A program made the position numbers and the translations under genes. Shown piece after piece: positions 1 through 9,351 of a DNA stretch of 64,000 nucleotides. The stretch comes from an uncultured Verrucomicrobiota bacterium. Its GTDB lineage: Bacteria > Verrucomicrobiota > Kiritimatiellia > CAIVKH01. How positions within the stretch are numbered: the stretch's first letter is position 1; the number at the start of each line of letters is the position of its first letter. The notes under the pieces are model-generated. The model was not told where the DNA came from and did no database searches. It saw nothing but the letters and a program-made list of their open reading frames with translations. Location of the stretch: contig CALMUP010000008.1 in the NCBI GenBank assembly GCA_937872895.1, positions 225,613-289,612 on the forward strand, given 5' to 3'.

Positions 1-557
1 TTCGTGCCGGTGGCCGGGCCGGTACCGCCGCCGAGCATGGTGGTGATGCCGCTGGTCAGCGCTTCGGTGATCTGCTGGGGGCAGATGAAATGGATGTGGG
101 TGTCGAGGCCGCCCGCCGTGACGATCGCGCCTTCGGCGGCGATGACTTCGGTGGACGCGCCGATGATCATCGGGTTTTTCTTGCCGGTGGCGGGATCCGC
201 GTAGGCCGACCCGATGCCGTTCTGGATGTTCGGGTTTCCGGCGTGGCCGATGCCGGCGATGCGCCCGTGTTTGATGCCGACATCGGCCTTGATGATACCG
301 AGCACCGGATCGAGGACGAGGGCGTTGGTCAGGACGAGGTCGAGGGCCTCGGCGTCGGAGGCGAGGGGCGACTGGCCCATGCCGTCGCGGATGACCTTGC
401 CGCCGCCGAATTTCACTTCATTGCCGTAGCCGCCGCCCTCGGCGATCAGGTCGCGCTCGACCTGGGCGAACAGCTCCGTGTCGGCCAGGCGCACGCGGTC
501 GCCGGTGGTGGGTCCGAACATCTCCGCGTAGGCGCGGCGGGAAAAGCGCATGCTCAT
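1..557 (-). CDS. ureC: Urease alpha subunit, N-terminal portion; the gene continues upstream of the window start. Start ATG (minus strand) at 555-557 overlaps the ureB stop.
   Basis: Reverse-complement translation from 557 reads [37 protein letters not shown]...[14 protein letters not shown], the canonical urease alpha N-terminus. It follows ureA-ureB on the same strand with a 4-bp overlap. Confidence 0.85.
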   Translation of the reverse strand, partial: MSMRFSRRAYAEMFGPTTGDRVRLADTELFAQVERDLIAEGGGYGNEVKFGGGKVIRDGMGQSPLASDAEALDLVLTNALVLDPVLGIIKADVGIKHGRIAGIGHAGNPNIQNGIGSAYADPATGKKNPMIIGASTEVIAAEGAIVTAGGLDTHIHFICPQQITEALTSGITTMLGGGTGPATGT

Positions 558-871
558 GGCGTGTCCAATGCTCCGTTGACCTTGGCGTTGAAGCCGTACA
601 CCACGCGGGTGCCGGCGAGGGCGACGAGGCGTACGCTGCGGCGGTCGCCCGGTTCGAAGCGCACCGCGGTGCCGGCCGGGATGTCGAGGCGGAAGCCGCG
701 GGCGGCCGCGCGGTCGAACGACAGCGCCTCGTTGACCTCGTGGAAGTGGAAGTGGCTGCCGACCTGGATCGGACGGTCGCCGGTGTTCGCCACGGTCAGT
801 TCCACGGTGGCAAGGCCGACGTTGAGTTCGAGGTCCGGCGCGTCGGCCGGTATGAGTTCGCCTGGTTTCAT
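554..871 (-). CDS. ureB: Urease beta subunit
   Basis: 105-aa ORF with the HFHFHEVN motif and overall UreB similarity. Its stop overlaps the ureC start and its start overlaps the ureA stop. Confidence 0.9.
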   Translation of the reverse strand: MKPGELIPADAPDLELNVGLATVELTVANTGDRPIQVGSHFHFHEVNEALSFDRAAARGFRLDIPAGTAVRFEPGDRRSVRLVALAGTRVVYGFNAKVNGALDTP

Positions 872-1170
872 CGGATGGGGTTGTGCACGGTGACGAGTTT
901 GGTGCCGTCGGGGAAGGTTGCCTCGACCTGGACTTCGTGGATCATGTCGGCCACGCCGTCCATGACGTCGGCAGCTTTGAGGATGGTCGTGCCGAAGCTC
1001 ATCAGCTCGGCCACGGTCTTGCCATCGCGCGCCCCCTCGATGATCTCGTAGGTGATGATGGCCATGGCTTCAGGGTAATTCAGCTTCAACCCGCGGGCCT
1101 GGCGGCGCCTGGCCAGGTCGGCCGCCACGACCACGGTGAACTTTTCCAACTCTCGTGGTGTCCAATGCAT
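868..1170 (-). CDS. ureA: Urease gamma subunit
   Basis: 100-aa [14 protein letters not shown]...[22 protein letters not shown], typical UreA. First gene of the ureABC order on the minus strand. Confidence 0.9.
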   Translation of the reverse strand: MHWTPRELEKFTVVVAADLARRRQARGLKLNYPEAMAIITYEIIEGARDGKTVAELMSFGTTILKAADVMDGVADMIHEVQVEATFPDGTKLVTVHNPIR

Positions 1171-1375
1171 GGACAGAAACTAACGGAAAGCCAGGAACGC
1201 GCAAAATCAATTCCTGCGGTTTTTTGTTGTAATGGGATTAGTTTAACGTTGAGGGGTTTAATGAGAGAAGCCGGGTTGGGTGGTCGCAACGGTGAACGAT
1301 CGGGTCGGGCGGCGGAAATTGGTTCTGTACAAAGGCTTACGTTGGGGTAAGGTTAAAGATGACGGGGGATCGTGC

Positions 1376-2239
1376 ATGAGAACGAATCGGCAGATTTTGT
1401 TTTCGGTGATCGTGGGTTGGATCGTCGGGGTGGCGGTTCAGGCCAATGATCTGCGAACGTACCGCAACGCCACGCTGGTGGAGAGCGGAGCGAACGATGG
1501 CGACAGCTTTATCGTTCAGGCTGGCGATCAAACCCTGCACCTGCGGTTGTATTTCGTTGATTCCCCGGAAACCCACTCCTTCCGCGATTACGATGCGCGC
1601 CGCATCCAGGAGCAGGCCCGCTATTTCGGGTTGGATGATCCGCAGCGGGTTATCTGGCTGGGGCGTCAAGCCGCCGATTTCACCAAGGTCATGCTCAGTC
1701 GCCCGTTCACTGTTCATACGGCGCATGCCAAGGCCTTGGGCGGACGGAGCTCGAACCGGATCTATGGATTTGTGGTAACCTCGACGGGCCGTGATCTCGG
1801 CGAGCTGTTGGTGGAAAACGGGCTGGCCCGGTCATTTGGGGTCAAGCGGACGGATTACCGGGGCGACCCGATCGCCGAGGTTGAGGCGCGGTTGAGTGAC
1901 ATCGAGGCGGGGGCCATGCTGTCGCGTCGCGGCATCTGGCAGGAGAGCAATCCGGAAAAACTGGCCGAGTACCGTGCCCAGCAACGGGCGGAAGCGCGAG
2001 CCCTCAACCAGCTCATGTCCGCAACCACCCGGCTGCGCGCCGAACCGTTGGACATCAACCGCGCTTCGCCGTCCGAGCTGAATTCGATTCCGGGGATCGG
2101 CCCGGTCACCGCTAGCCGGATTATCAAAGCCCGCCCGTTCACATCGGTGGATGACCTGCGCACCGTGCAGGGTATCGGCGATGCGACACTCGAGAAAATC
2201 CGCCCGTTCATCCGCATCGCTTCGCCAACCAACGGGTAG
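1376..2239 (+). CDS. Secreted thermonuclease (SNase-like) family protein with a C-terminal ComEA-type helix-hairpin-helix DNA-binding domain
   Basis: Signal-peptide-like N-terminus (MRTNRQILFSVIVGWIVGVAVQA). The central region resembles the staphylococcal nuclease fold (ESGANDGDSF...LHLRLYFVDSPE). The C-terminus has a ComEA HhH motif (ASPSELNSIPGIGPVTASRIIKARPFTSVDDLRTVQGIGDATLEKI). Start chosen at an internal ATG of ORF 1280..2239. Confidence 0.7.
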   Translation: MRTNRQILFSVIVGWIVGVAVQANDLRTYRNATLVESGANDGDSFIVQAGDQTLHLRLYFVDSPETHSFRDYDARRIQEQARYFGLDDPQRVIWLGRQAADFTKVMLSRPFTVHTAHAKALGGRSSNRIYGFVVTSTGRDLGELLVENGLARSFGVKRTDYRGDPIAEVEARLSDIEAGAMLSRRGIWQESNPEKLAEYRAQQRAEARALNQLMSATTRLRAEPLDINRASPSELNSIPGIGPVTASRIIKARPFTSVDDLRTVQGIGDATLEKIRPFIRIASPTNG

Positions 2240-2349
2240 GCGAACTCCGGCCATGGATGCTGCCCGATGAATCGGGTAACGGCCCATGCGTCGTGTCCCC
2301 GTGCAACCTGCCGCTCCGCTGGTTCGGGATCGTCGATGCTGCGGTTCGG

Positions 2350-3114
2350 CTATGGCGCAAGCAGGCGTACTTCGAATAACCGGGGCCACCATTTGCCGGT
2401 CAGGTAGAAAGTCCCGCTTTGTTCATTCCAGGCGATGCCATTAAGCACTTCGGCGCGGTGCTGGCCGGTGAGAAGCGCACGAAGGCCGCGCAGGTCGAAG
2501 CTGGCGGTGACCTGGCCGTTGCGTGGATTGATTCGGACGATCCGGTCCTCAAGATAGATATTGGCGTAGATCGCCCCTCGGACCCATTCCAATTCATTCA
2601 GATTCTGGAGGGGCGTGCCGTTCTCGGTGACCGGGAGGGTGCGGGTGGTACGGAAGGTCGCGGGATCGATCCAGGTAAGGCGGCTGGTGCCATCACTTTT
2701 GATGAGGTGCGTCCCGTCGCTGGTCAGGCCCCAGCCTTCGCCGTCGTACCGGTTGGTGGCGAGCACGGTGAACGTTCCGGGATCGAGGGCATAGGCGGTT
2801 TGTTCGCGCCAGGTCAGTACCCAGAGGACATCGTCAAGGCGGGTCAGTCCTTCACCGAACACCGAAGCGGGCAGGGCGTGTTTCCGCAGCACGGTCCCGC
2901 TGGCAAGGTCCACGGCGCGGACCGTCGATTGACCGTAGAGTCCGGTGCTTTCCCAGAGGCGGCCACCTTCCGCGTGCAGGCCCTGGGTATAGGCTTCTGG
3001 ATCGTGCGGGAAGGTTGCCACCAGCTCCACCTGACCAGCAACCGGGCGCAACGAAGGCAACGAACAGCCTGTGGAGCTGGCGAGCACGAACAACAGCAAG
3101 ACGAGGCGCAACAT
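2350..3114 (-). CDS. Glutaminyl-peptide cyclotransferase (plant/bacterial-type glutamine cyclotransferase) lipoprotein
   Basis: Lipobox-like N-terminus (LLLFVLASSTGCS) and conserved glutamine cyclotransferase family stretches (YTQGLHAEGGRLWESTGLYGQS, WVRGAIYANIY). Start moved to the internal ATG (MLRLVLL). Confidence 0.7.
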   Translation of the reverse strand: MLRLVLLLFVLASSTGCSLPSLRPVAGQVELVATFPHDPEAYTQGLHAEGGRLWESTGLYGQSTVRAVDLASGTVLRKHALPASVFGEGLTRLDDVLWVLTWREQTAYALDPGTFTVLATNRYDGEGWGLTSDGTHLIKSDGTSRLTWIDPATFRTTRTLPVTENGTPLQNLNELEWVRGAIYANIYLEDRIVRINPRNGQVTASFDLRGLRALLTGQHRAEVLNGIAWNEQSGTFYLTGKWWPRLFEVRLLAP

Positions 3115-3180
3115 GCACCCATCCTGCGTGGAACAGGTGCGATGCGCAATCCCATCCTTCACGGTGACGAGTCGGCGTGA

Positions 3181-3885
3181 TCAGGAGTCGGTACCGAGTC
3201 GGCGACGACAGGAGGCGCACCCTAGCCAGGAATGTTTGTTGCGATTCCAACACCAGCCCAGGCGGGGGCGGCCATAGCTGATCCAGATGGAGGGAATGCG
3301 TTGGTCGGCGCGACGGGACCCGGGAAGTTGGAAACAATTGAAGTACCGCTTGTCGGTCAGGATATGGGGGAACTGGACGACCAGCGCCACGCCTTCGTCG
3401 ATGGTCAGGGGCGAGCGGCGTCGGGCTCGGATCATGCGGAGCGCATCTTCGGGACGGATGTCCAGGGTGTCGCGTCCGCTCTCGACCTGTTCCAGCAGGT
3501 ACAGGTCACCAGGCGGGATGGCCATCCGGTTGATCGGGTGGAAATCGGTCGGGACAACGGGATCCATGTTCACGATGCCGGATGCGCCACGAATCGTCAC
3601 AGTGGCCATGGCATCCTCCATCGGCACGGCTTGCTGTTTGACCACGACGACAAACGGGAGACGATCCGGGCGGGCTCGCACCACGAGGTCGCCGAGGCGC
3701 CTCTTGAGCGCACGTGCCTGTCGGCGGAATGAATGAATCGGAAGACTTGTGGTCCCGGTCAACCCAATGCTCTCCAGGTGGGCGATCTGTCGGTCATATT
3801 CAAGTTCCAAGGTCCGGAGCGTAGTTGTCATGATGCGGTGTTTGGTTTCATCTGGTGTGCGGTATGAAATGGACGTTGTATCCAT
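3181..3885 (-). CDS. Hypothetical protein with no recognisable domain, immediately downstream of the HerA-like ATPase gene
   Basis: Long ORF on the same strand as flanking genes. The ORF-track start at 3894 is TTG, so I prefer the ATG at 3883-3885 (MDTTSISY...). I recognise no motif. Confidence 0.45.
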   Translation of the reverse strand: MDTTSISYRTPDETKHRIMTTTLRTLELEYDRQIAHLESIGLTGTTSLPIHSFRRQARALKRRLGDLVVRARPDRLPFVVVVKQQAVPMEDAMATVTIRGASGIVNMDPVVPTDFHPINRMAIPPGDLYLLEQVESGRDTLDIRPEDALRMIRARRRSPLTIDEGVALVVQFPHILTDKRYFNCFQLPGSRRADQRIPSIWISYGRPRLGWCWNRNKHSWLGCASCRRRLGTDS

Positions 3886-4058
3886 GCGACGCAAGGTATG
3901 CGGTCAAGCCGTTGCTTGCGCCCGTAGCCGGATTGCGTTCACGCGCGTTGTTCCTGTGCGTGTAACCATGCTCGTGGGTGCGCGTATCCCATATTCGCAT
4001 AGGTTGTTCGCTTATGACAAACCCCGGCGGGGCCTACGGGTTGGGAGGTTGGGATGCA

Positions 4059-6497
4059 TTAGCCCTGTGGGAGCCAGGCAATGCCGAAGGCGGTGATGGA
4101 GATGTCGGACTTCCTCGGGCGGATCGTGGTGGTTTCGATGGTGAGCGCGGCGAGGTCGGTGGCCTGTTGCAAGGCCTGCAAGTCGTTCTGCAGTTCCTGT
4201 TCGGCGATCGCCAGTCGTTCCTTGACCGCCTCGTGGGAGTCGCTGGCCATCTCGATGTCCCGCTGTTCCTTGCTGGTGCGCCCGGCGCTCCGCATCGCGG
4301 TCCCGGCCCGGCTCATCGTGCTGGCCGACATGGCCCGGCGTCCGAGCAGCGCGCCGAGGATGGTGGTGCCGACGGAAATCGCGGTGGACATGCGTTGCTG
4401 GCCGAGCTGATCCTTTTCCTTTTCAATCCGTGCGGCTGCTTTGCGCACCTGCTCCTGGAGGCCGAGGATTTTCGTGCTGTGCTTCTTGCGGATCTTCTCC
4501 ATCTCGATGTCGCGTTTCTCGTGCGCGGCCACCTGCAGGCGCGCCTTGAAGTCACCTTCGCTTTCCCCGGGCTTGGAGGCGAATTTGAGTTCCGGACAGG
4601 TGAACAGTTCGAGCACGGTCTCCTGGTAGATGTGCGACTCGAGCATCTTGGACCACAGCTTGAAGTTCGCCGGACGGGCGATCGCGTCCGGCAAGGGATC
4701 AAACGACGCACCGGCGAGCGGCTGGCGGTCGAGCCCGTCGAGCGAACCCAACGCGACATCGGCCCCGGTCCAGGCGAACTCCTCGGCGCGCTCGATGGCC
4801 GGATGCAGGTACTGCGCGGAGATCCAGGTATCGGTCTTGGTCTTGGCATCGACGAAGTGCAGGCGGGCCTGGGCGATCACCGCCGGCCGGTACCGGTCTA
4901 TGGCCGCACCGGCCTGTTTCGGGCGCACGAAGAATTCCTCGACGCCGGGCGGCGGGGGCGGGCGAACCGCCGCGGTAGCGGCCGGTGCAGGCGCGGTGGC
5001 GACGGCGGGCGCTACGTTCTGGACAACCGGGGCGGCGGGGATCGGCGCTGCGGCCATCGCCGCGACGGCAGCTTCGACCGGGTGTGGAGCGGGGGCGGTC
5101 AGCGATTTGATCTGGCCCAGGGTCAGTGGTCCGCGCAGGAACGACATGACCCAGCGGGTCTGGAACAGGACCGGATGGGCCTGGTGGACGTTGTGGAGAA
5201 GGAACACGCGGTTGCCGAGGCCGGAGAGCAGGGTGTCCATCTCGCTGCGGGAGAACCCGGCACCGGACCCTTGCGCCGCGCTCTCGAGCCCGTCGAGCAC
5301 CCGCGCCTTGTCGCGGTCGGTCTGCAGGCGGCCGATCAGCCAGGTGCCGGTGTTGGCGAGGCCCTTGTAGTCGAGGTCCACCGGATTCTGGGTGGCGAGC
5401 ACGACGCCGAGGCCGAAGGCGCGGGCCTGTTTCAGCAGGGTCAGCATGGGCTGCTTCGAGGGAGGATTCGCGGTCGGCGGGAAGTAGCCGAAGATCTCGT
5501 CCATGTAGAGCAGGGCGCGCAGGCTGGAGGTGCCGGACTGGGTGCGCATCCAGGCGAGTACGGCATTGAGCAGGATGGTGACGAAGAACATGCGTTCGCT
5601 GTCGGCGAGGTGGGCGATCGACAGGATGGTCAGGCGCGGTTTGCCGGCCGGCGTGTAGAGCAGGCGCTGGATGTCCAGCGGTTCGCCCTGGGTCCAGACG
5701 GCGAACCCGGGGGAGGCGATCAGGTTGTTCAACGACATGGCGAGGCCGAGGCGGTCGTTGGCCGGGAAGAACGAGTCGAGGTCGAACACGCCGACCTTGG
5801 CGAACGGGGGTTTCTGGATGGCGTGGATCAGCGCGGGAATGTCGAGGTTCTGGCCGAGGCGCCAGTGGTGGTCCATGATCGAGGAGAGGAGGATGTGTTC
5901 GCGGCTGCGCAACGGATCGCCGTCGATGCCGATCAGGGCGAGCAGGCCGGAGACGGCGGACAGGATGTAGTCGCGGAAGGCCGAGGTGTCGTCGATGGTC
6001 TCCTGCGGCGGGGCATCGAACGAGCGCAGTACGGTCAGTGGGCGTCCGGCCGTACTGCCGGGAGTGTAGATGCTGACGTCGGCAGCCTGTTTCAGTCGGG
6101 CGATGCGGTCGACGGGCTGGTGCCAGTCGCCGAGGCCCTTGCGCCACGTCTCGGCGGTTTTCTCGGCGAGCTGCGGGAGGGTCATGCCTTTGCGCGCGGC
6201 GTCGGCGGCTTCGAGCCACGGTTCGAAATCGGATGGACGCAGTTCAGGGAAGGTCAGGAGCAGGTTGCCGAGGTCGCCTTTCGGATCGATGATCAGCGCC
6301 GGAATGCCATCGATGGCCGCCTCCTCGAGCAGGCTGATGCACAGGCCGGTTTTGCCGCTGCCGGTCATGCCGACGCAGACCGCGTGGGTGGTCAGGTCCT
6401 TTGCGTCGTAGAGCAGCAGGTCATCGGTCACCTGTTTCGTCGCCGCATCGTAGGCCTTGCCGAGATAAAACGATCCGAGTTTTTCAAAGTCCTGCAT
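4059..6497 (-). CDS. HerA/FtsK-like P-loop ATPase (DUF853/DUF87 helicase HerA central-domain type) with an Ala/Pro-rich linker and a large C-terminal extension
   Basis: Walker A GMTGSGKTGL, Walker B-like LLYMDEIFGYFPP, HerA/DUF853-like conserved blocks, then an APAPAATAAVRPPPPP linker and a roughly 280-aa charged/coiled C-terminal region. Start set at MQDFEKL, 16 codons into the ORF. Confidence 0.7.
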   Translation of the reverse strand: MQDFEKLGSFYLGKAYDAATKQVTDDLLLYDAKDLTTHAVCVGMTGSGKTGLCISLLEEAAIDGIPALIIDPKGDLGNLLLTFPELRPSDFEPWLEAADAARKGMTLPQLAEKTAETWRKGLGDWHQPVDRIARLKQAADVSIYTPGSTAGRPLTVLRSFDAPPQETIDDTSAFRDYILSAVSGLLALIGIDGDPLRSREHILLSSIMDHHWRLGQNLDIPALIHAIQKPPFAKVGVFDLDSFFPANDRLGLAMSLNNLIASPGFAVWTQGEPLDIQRLLYTPAGKPRLTILSIAHLADSERMFFVTILLNAVLAWMRTQSGTSSLRALLYMDEIFGYFPPTANPPSKQPMLTLLKQARAFGLGVVLATQNPVDLDYKGLANTGTWLIGRLQTDRDKARVLDGLESAAQGSGAGFSRSEMDTLLSGLGNRVFLLHNVHQAHPVLFQTRWVMSFLRGPLTLGQIKSLTAPAPHPVEAAVAAMAAAPIPAAPVVQNVAPAVATAPAPAATAAVRPPPPPGVEEFFVRPKQAGAAIDRYRPAVIAQARLHFVDAKTKTDTWISAQYLHPAIERAEEFAWTGADVALGSLDGLDRQPLAGASFDPLPDAIARPANFKLWSKMLESHIYQETVLELFTCPELKFASKPGESEGDFKARLQVAAHEKRDIEMEKIRKKHSTKILGLQEQVRKAAARIEKEKDQLGQQRMSTAISVGTTILGALLGRRAMSASTMSRAGTAMRSAGRTSKEQRDIEMASDSHEAVKERLAIAEQELQNDLQALQQATDLAALTIETTTIRPRKSDISITAFGIAWLPQG

Positions 6498-6642
6498 GGT
6501 GTGTCTCCGGGTGGAAACGTTAACCAAGCAGGGCGGGGGCGGCAATCAGGAAAGGCGGGGCGGGAAAGGGGTACCGGGATACGGGAATGGTCCCGTTCAT
6601 GATCGTCATGAGGTGACGGAGAGGGCGATGTCGTGGGCATTT

Positions 6643-6707
6643 CATAGCCGGGATAAACCCGGCTCTACTTTTCGAGGTAGAGCCGGCTTTACGCCGGCTA
6701 TGGGTGG
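6643..6707. repeat. REP-like nested palindromic element, family A: AGCCGGG-N5-CCCGGCT-CTAC, a loop, then GTAG-AGCCGG-N5-CCGGCT. A second copy lies at 63040-63098.
   Basis: Two near-identical inverted arms, each itself a hairpin. The same architecture recurs at 63040-63098 with about 85% identity. Confidence 0.5.
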
Positions 6708-6835
6708 TATGTATTCCGGGATAAGGGAAACCGGATGCGAGAACAGCCCGGTTGATGTTCGCAACAGGCCGCGGCGAGGGCGTGTTTCGGGATGGCGCAC
6801 GCGTCGGTTCATAATCCTGCCATGGGCTTTTCCGG

Positions 6836-6900
6836 CGAATATCGCCGGAACTACAGAAGAAGATGATGTATCGGAAAACCTGTAGTTCCGGCGTTATACG
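6836..6900. repeat. REP-like nested palindromic element, family B: CCGGCG-N5-CGCCGG-AACTACAG, a loop, then CTGTAGTT-CCGGCG-N5-CGCCGG. A partial copy lies at 11066-11095.
   Basis: Same arm/loop/arm architecture as family A with a different core. A half element (ctgtagttccggcgatgttcgccgg) is present inside the 10.5-11.4 kb repeat array. Confidence 0.5.
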
Positions 6901-6964
6901 CCGGAAGGAAAAGGGTCTTGCTCGGTAGTTTGTGTTTCGCGCGGTGGTGGCGTAGGGTGCGGGT

Positions 6965-7237
6965 ATGCAAGAGAAGCATGTGCGATCGTTGGGGGTGTTG
7001 GTGGCGTTGCTGTGGTTTTTTCCGACCTGGCTGATCCTGATGGCACTATACCATTACGGGTTGCGGGAGGCGGAGCGGTTCTGGGAGATCGAGATCGCGC
7101 TGTGGATCAAGAACCTCGGTTCGTTTGCGCTGCTGGCGCTCTCCATCGCCTTCGTGACGCGGCGGGTGTCGCGGTGGATGGACAAACAATTTCCGCATAG
7201 CACACCGCGTTCGGCCGACTGGCGCGATGCCGGTTGA
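6965..7237 (+). CDS. Small hypothetical membrane protein (two predicted TM helices)
   Basis: 90-aa ORF with two hydrophobic stretches (LGVLVALLWFFPTWLILMALY; LGSFALLALSIAFV). No homology recognised. Confidence 0.35.
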   Translation: MQEKHVRSLGVLVALLWFFPTWLILMALYHYGLREAERFWEIEIALWIKNLGSFALLALSIAFVTRRVSRWMDKQFPHSTPRSADWRDAG

Positions 7238-7244
7238 GCAAGGA

Positions 7245-8174
7245 TCAGGGGGCGGTGCGCAGGGAAACACCGTCCCAGGTGATGGCGCGATCGGCGGCGC
7301 GCAGGTGATCCCACGAGAATCCGGCCACGAGGTCAACGGGACGGACCGGTGCGGCGTCGCGGGTGAGGCCCGCCGCGTGGGCGATCCAGCCGCACAGTGC
7401 TTCCGCCGCGTAATGCCGACGCAGCGTGGGCACGGCAACGCTCTGGTGGAACTTGGCGAGTTTGCCGCCGGTGGTTTCGAGCAGTAGCAGGTGGTGGCGG
7501 TAGCGCGGGGTGGGGAGGTGCAGGGCTTGCTGGAGAAGCATCTGGACCGGGGCGCTGGGCGCGAGGTCGCGGCCGCGGATGAGATGCGTGACCCCGAGGC
7601 GGGCATCGTCGACCACGCAGGCGAGGTGGTAGGCGATGGCCCCGTCGCGGCGGCGTACGACCGGGTCGCCCATGTCACGGGCGGGATGCTGGGTGATGCG
7701 GAGGCCGCTGTCATCGGTGACGTCGATGGCCGTGTCGGGCATGCGTACGCGCAACGGGTCGGAGCAGGAACGCCAGCCGGTGGCGGGAAGGAGACGGGAG
7801 CGGCACTGGTTGTCGTAGGCGAAGCCGCCGTCGGGGGCGGGGCGTCCGATGGCTTTCAGGCGGGAGCGGCTGCAGGAGCAGGGGTAGAGCAGGCCGGCGG
7901 CGGCCAGGCGATCCAGCGCGGCTTCGTGGTCGGCGAGAGCGCGGTGCTGGATCTCGACCGAATCCCAGTCCAGGCCAAACCACGACAGCTCCTCGATCAT
8001 CGCTTCGGTCAGTTCGGGCCGGCAGCGTTGCGGATCGAGGTCCTCCAGGCGCAACACCACGCGACCGCCCGCTGCGCGTGCCGCGAGCCAGCACAGCAAT
8101 CCGGACAACAGCGTGCCCGGGTGGGCATGGCCGGTGGTCGAAGGGGCGAAGCGGGTGACAAGGGGGGCGGTCAT
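7245..8174 (-). CDS. gluQ: Glutamyl-Q tRNA(Asp) synthetase
   Basis: From the internal ATG the product reads [47 protein letters not shown], a class I aaRS HIGH-like motif typical of GluQRS/YadB, and is about 310 aa. The 200-aa N-terminal extension in the ORF track is a Pro/Arg-rich GC artefact. Confidence 0.8.
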   Translation of the reverse strand: MTAPLVTRFAPSTTGHAHPGTLLSGLLCWLAARAAGGRVVLRLEDLDPQRCRPELTEAMIEELSWFGLDWDSVEIQHRALADHEAALDRLAAAGLLYPCSCSRSRLKAIGRPAPDGGFAYDNQCRSRLLPATGWRSCSDPLRVRMPDTAIDVTDDSGLRITQHPARDMGDPVVRRRDGAIAYHLACVVDDARLGVTHLIRGRDLAPSAPVQMLLQQALHLPTPRYRHHLLLLETTGGKLAKFHQSVAVPTLRRHYAAEALCGWIAHAAGLTRDAAPVRPVDLVAGFSWDHLRAADRAITWDGVSLRTAP

Positions 8175-8938
8175 GGGGAAGAAGATGGGGATGGCAATGA
8201 AAATGGGGATGGGAATGGGGATGGAGATGGGGGCGTGGGACGAGTTGGTGATTGGTTCAAGTGTTTCCGGAGCAGGTTCCATCCGGGCAGGAAACTGTTC
8301 ATCAGGTGGTAGAAGCGCCGGTTGTGGGAAGGTTCCAATAGGTGGACGAGTTCGTGGACGACGACATACTCGAGGCATTCCGGTGGATGTTTGGCCAGTT
8401 CGGAGTTCAGTCGGATGTGGTGCTTGCGGGTATGGCAACTGCCCCAGCGGGATGTCATCTTCTGCACATGCCAGCGGGTGGCATGGACCTTCAGAACGGG
8501 TTCCCACTTTGCGGCAAGGGCGGGTAGGGCGAGGCGGACCTGGTTCCGGTACCAGGCGTCCAGCAGGGCGGCCCGGGAGTTCGTCGTGTGCGTACCTTCG
8601 CGTACCTGCAGAACAATGGCGTCGTGCGTTACGTCGACGGATGGCGTGGCGTGCGCTTCCTCGATCCGCAGGGGAAGCGCGCGGCCCCAGGCGAAATGCC
8701 GTTCGCCGTCGGTGAATGCGGCGGCCGGCGTGAGGGTCCGGGACAAGATCCGTTCGCGGTGCCGGGCGATCCATGCGGTTTTTGATGCGGCAAACGCCCG
8801 GATATCGTCCAGCGGCATGCGTGTGGGTGCGGAAATGCCGACACGCCCATCCGGCGGATAAACCCGCAGATGGATGTTCCGGATGTTTTTACGCTGCACG
8901 GCAATGCGAACCGCATCGATTTCGATCAGACACTCCAT
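8171..8938 (-). CDS. M48/YgjP-like (DUF45, SprT/WLM-type) zinc metallopeptidase
   Basis: [11 protein letters not shown] HExxH motif in a roughly 255-aa product. Start moved to [12 protein letters not shown]. Overlaps the gluQ start by 4 bp. Confidence 0.7.
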   Translation of the reverse strand: MECLIEIDAVRIAVQRKNIRNIHLRVYPPDGRVGISAPTRMPLDDIRAFAASKTAWIARHRERILSRTLTPAAAFTDGERHFAWGRALPLRIEEAHATPSVDVTHDAIVLQVREGTHTTNSRAALLDAWYRNQVRLALPALAAKWEPVLKVHATRWHVQKMTSRWGSCHTRKHHIRLNSELAKHPPECLEYVVVHELVHLLEPSHNRRFYHLMNSFLPGWNLLRKHLNQSPTRPTPPSPSPFPSPFSLPSPSSSP

Positions 8939-9256
8939 GATGCGGGAAACCCTACCACGCCACCCCCGGCAACGGAATCCCGGACTCGTGTCACCCGATT
9001 CCCGGATACTGCCAACCGCGCCATCCCCGCAGCCTTCATCAACAAGCACGTCTCATATGTCAATTGTCAAGGGCTGACCCTTACTCGCTCGGACCATGGT
9101 GCTTGGTTAATTCCGAATCGTTTCCTGATCGAGCCATAGCTGTTGAGCGTGAGAGGTATTACAAGACGTATGTTGGTAGTCGTGAACTCTCGGCCCGCAT
9201 GGAATCGGGCTTGAAGGTTCAGGGCTGATCGCATACGGTTCATCCAGCCTGAATGA

Positions 9257-9330
9257 GCGGGTATAGTTCAATGGTAGAATAGAAGCTTCCCAAGCTTCGG
9301 GCGCGGGTTCGATTCCCGCTACCCGCTCCA
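9257..9330 (+). tRNA. tRNA-Gly (anticodon CCC)
   Basis: GCGGGTATAGTTCAATGGTAGAATAGAAGCTTCCCAAGCTTCGGGCGCGGGTTCGATTCCCGCTACCCGCTCCA. The 7-bp acceptor stem GCGGGTA/TACCCGC, D-loop, anticodon stem GAAGC/GCTTC with loop TTCCCAA, T-arm GCGGGTTCGATTCCCGC and encoded CCA are all present. Confidence 0.85.
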
Positions 9331-9351
9331 GTTTCCCGGAGGGTTCCCGTC

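Noticed and set aside
1171-1375. Sigma54 or NtcA-type promoter for the urease operon in the divergent ureA/nuclease intergenic region
   Set aside because: I could not find a convincing GG-N10-GC or GTA-N8-TAC element on either strand.
3978-6602. 874-aa ORF on the plus strand, together with other very long antisense ORFs (20007..22601 minus, 864 aa; 59937..61826 minus, 629 aa; 39651..41072 plus; 40550..42244 plus)
   Set aside because: These are products of high GC content, with Gly/Arg/Ala/Pro-rich low-complexity translations. Each lies exactly antisense to a well-supported conserved gene (the HerA-like ATPase, secA, zwf, nadC/nadB). None has recognisable motifs.
8175-8774. 200-aa N-terminal extension of gluQ in ORF 7245..8774
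   Set aside because: The extension is Pro/Arg-rich nonsense overlapping the M48 peptidase gene on the same strand in another frame. GluQRS homology begins precisely at the internal ATG at 8174.
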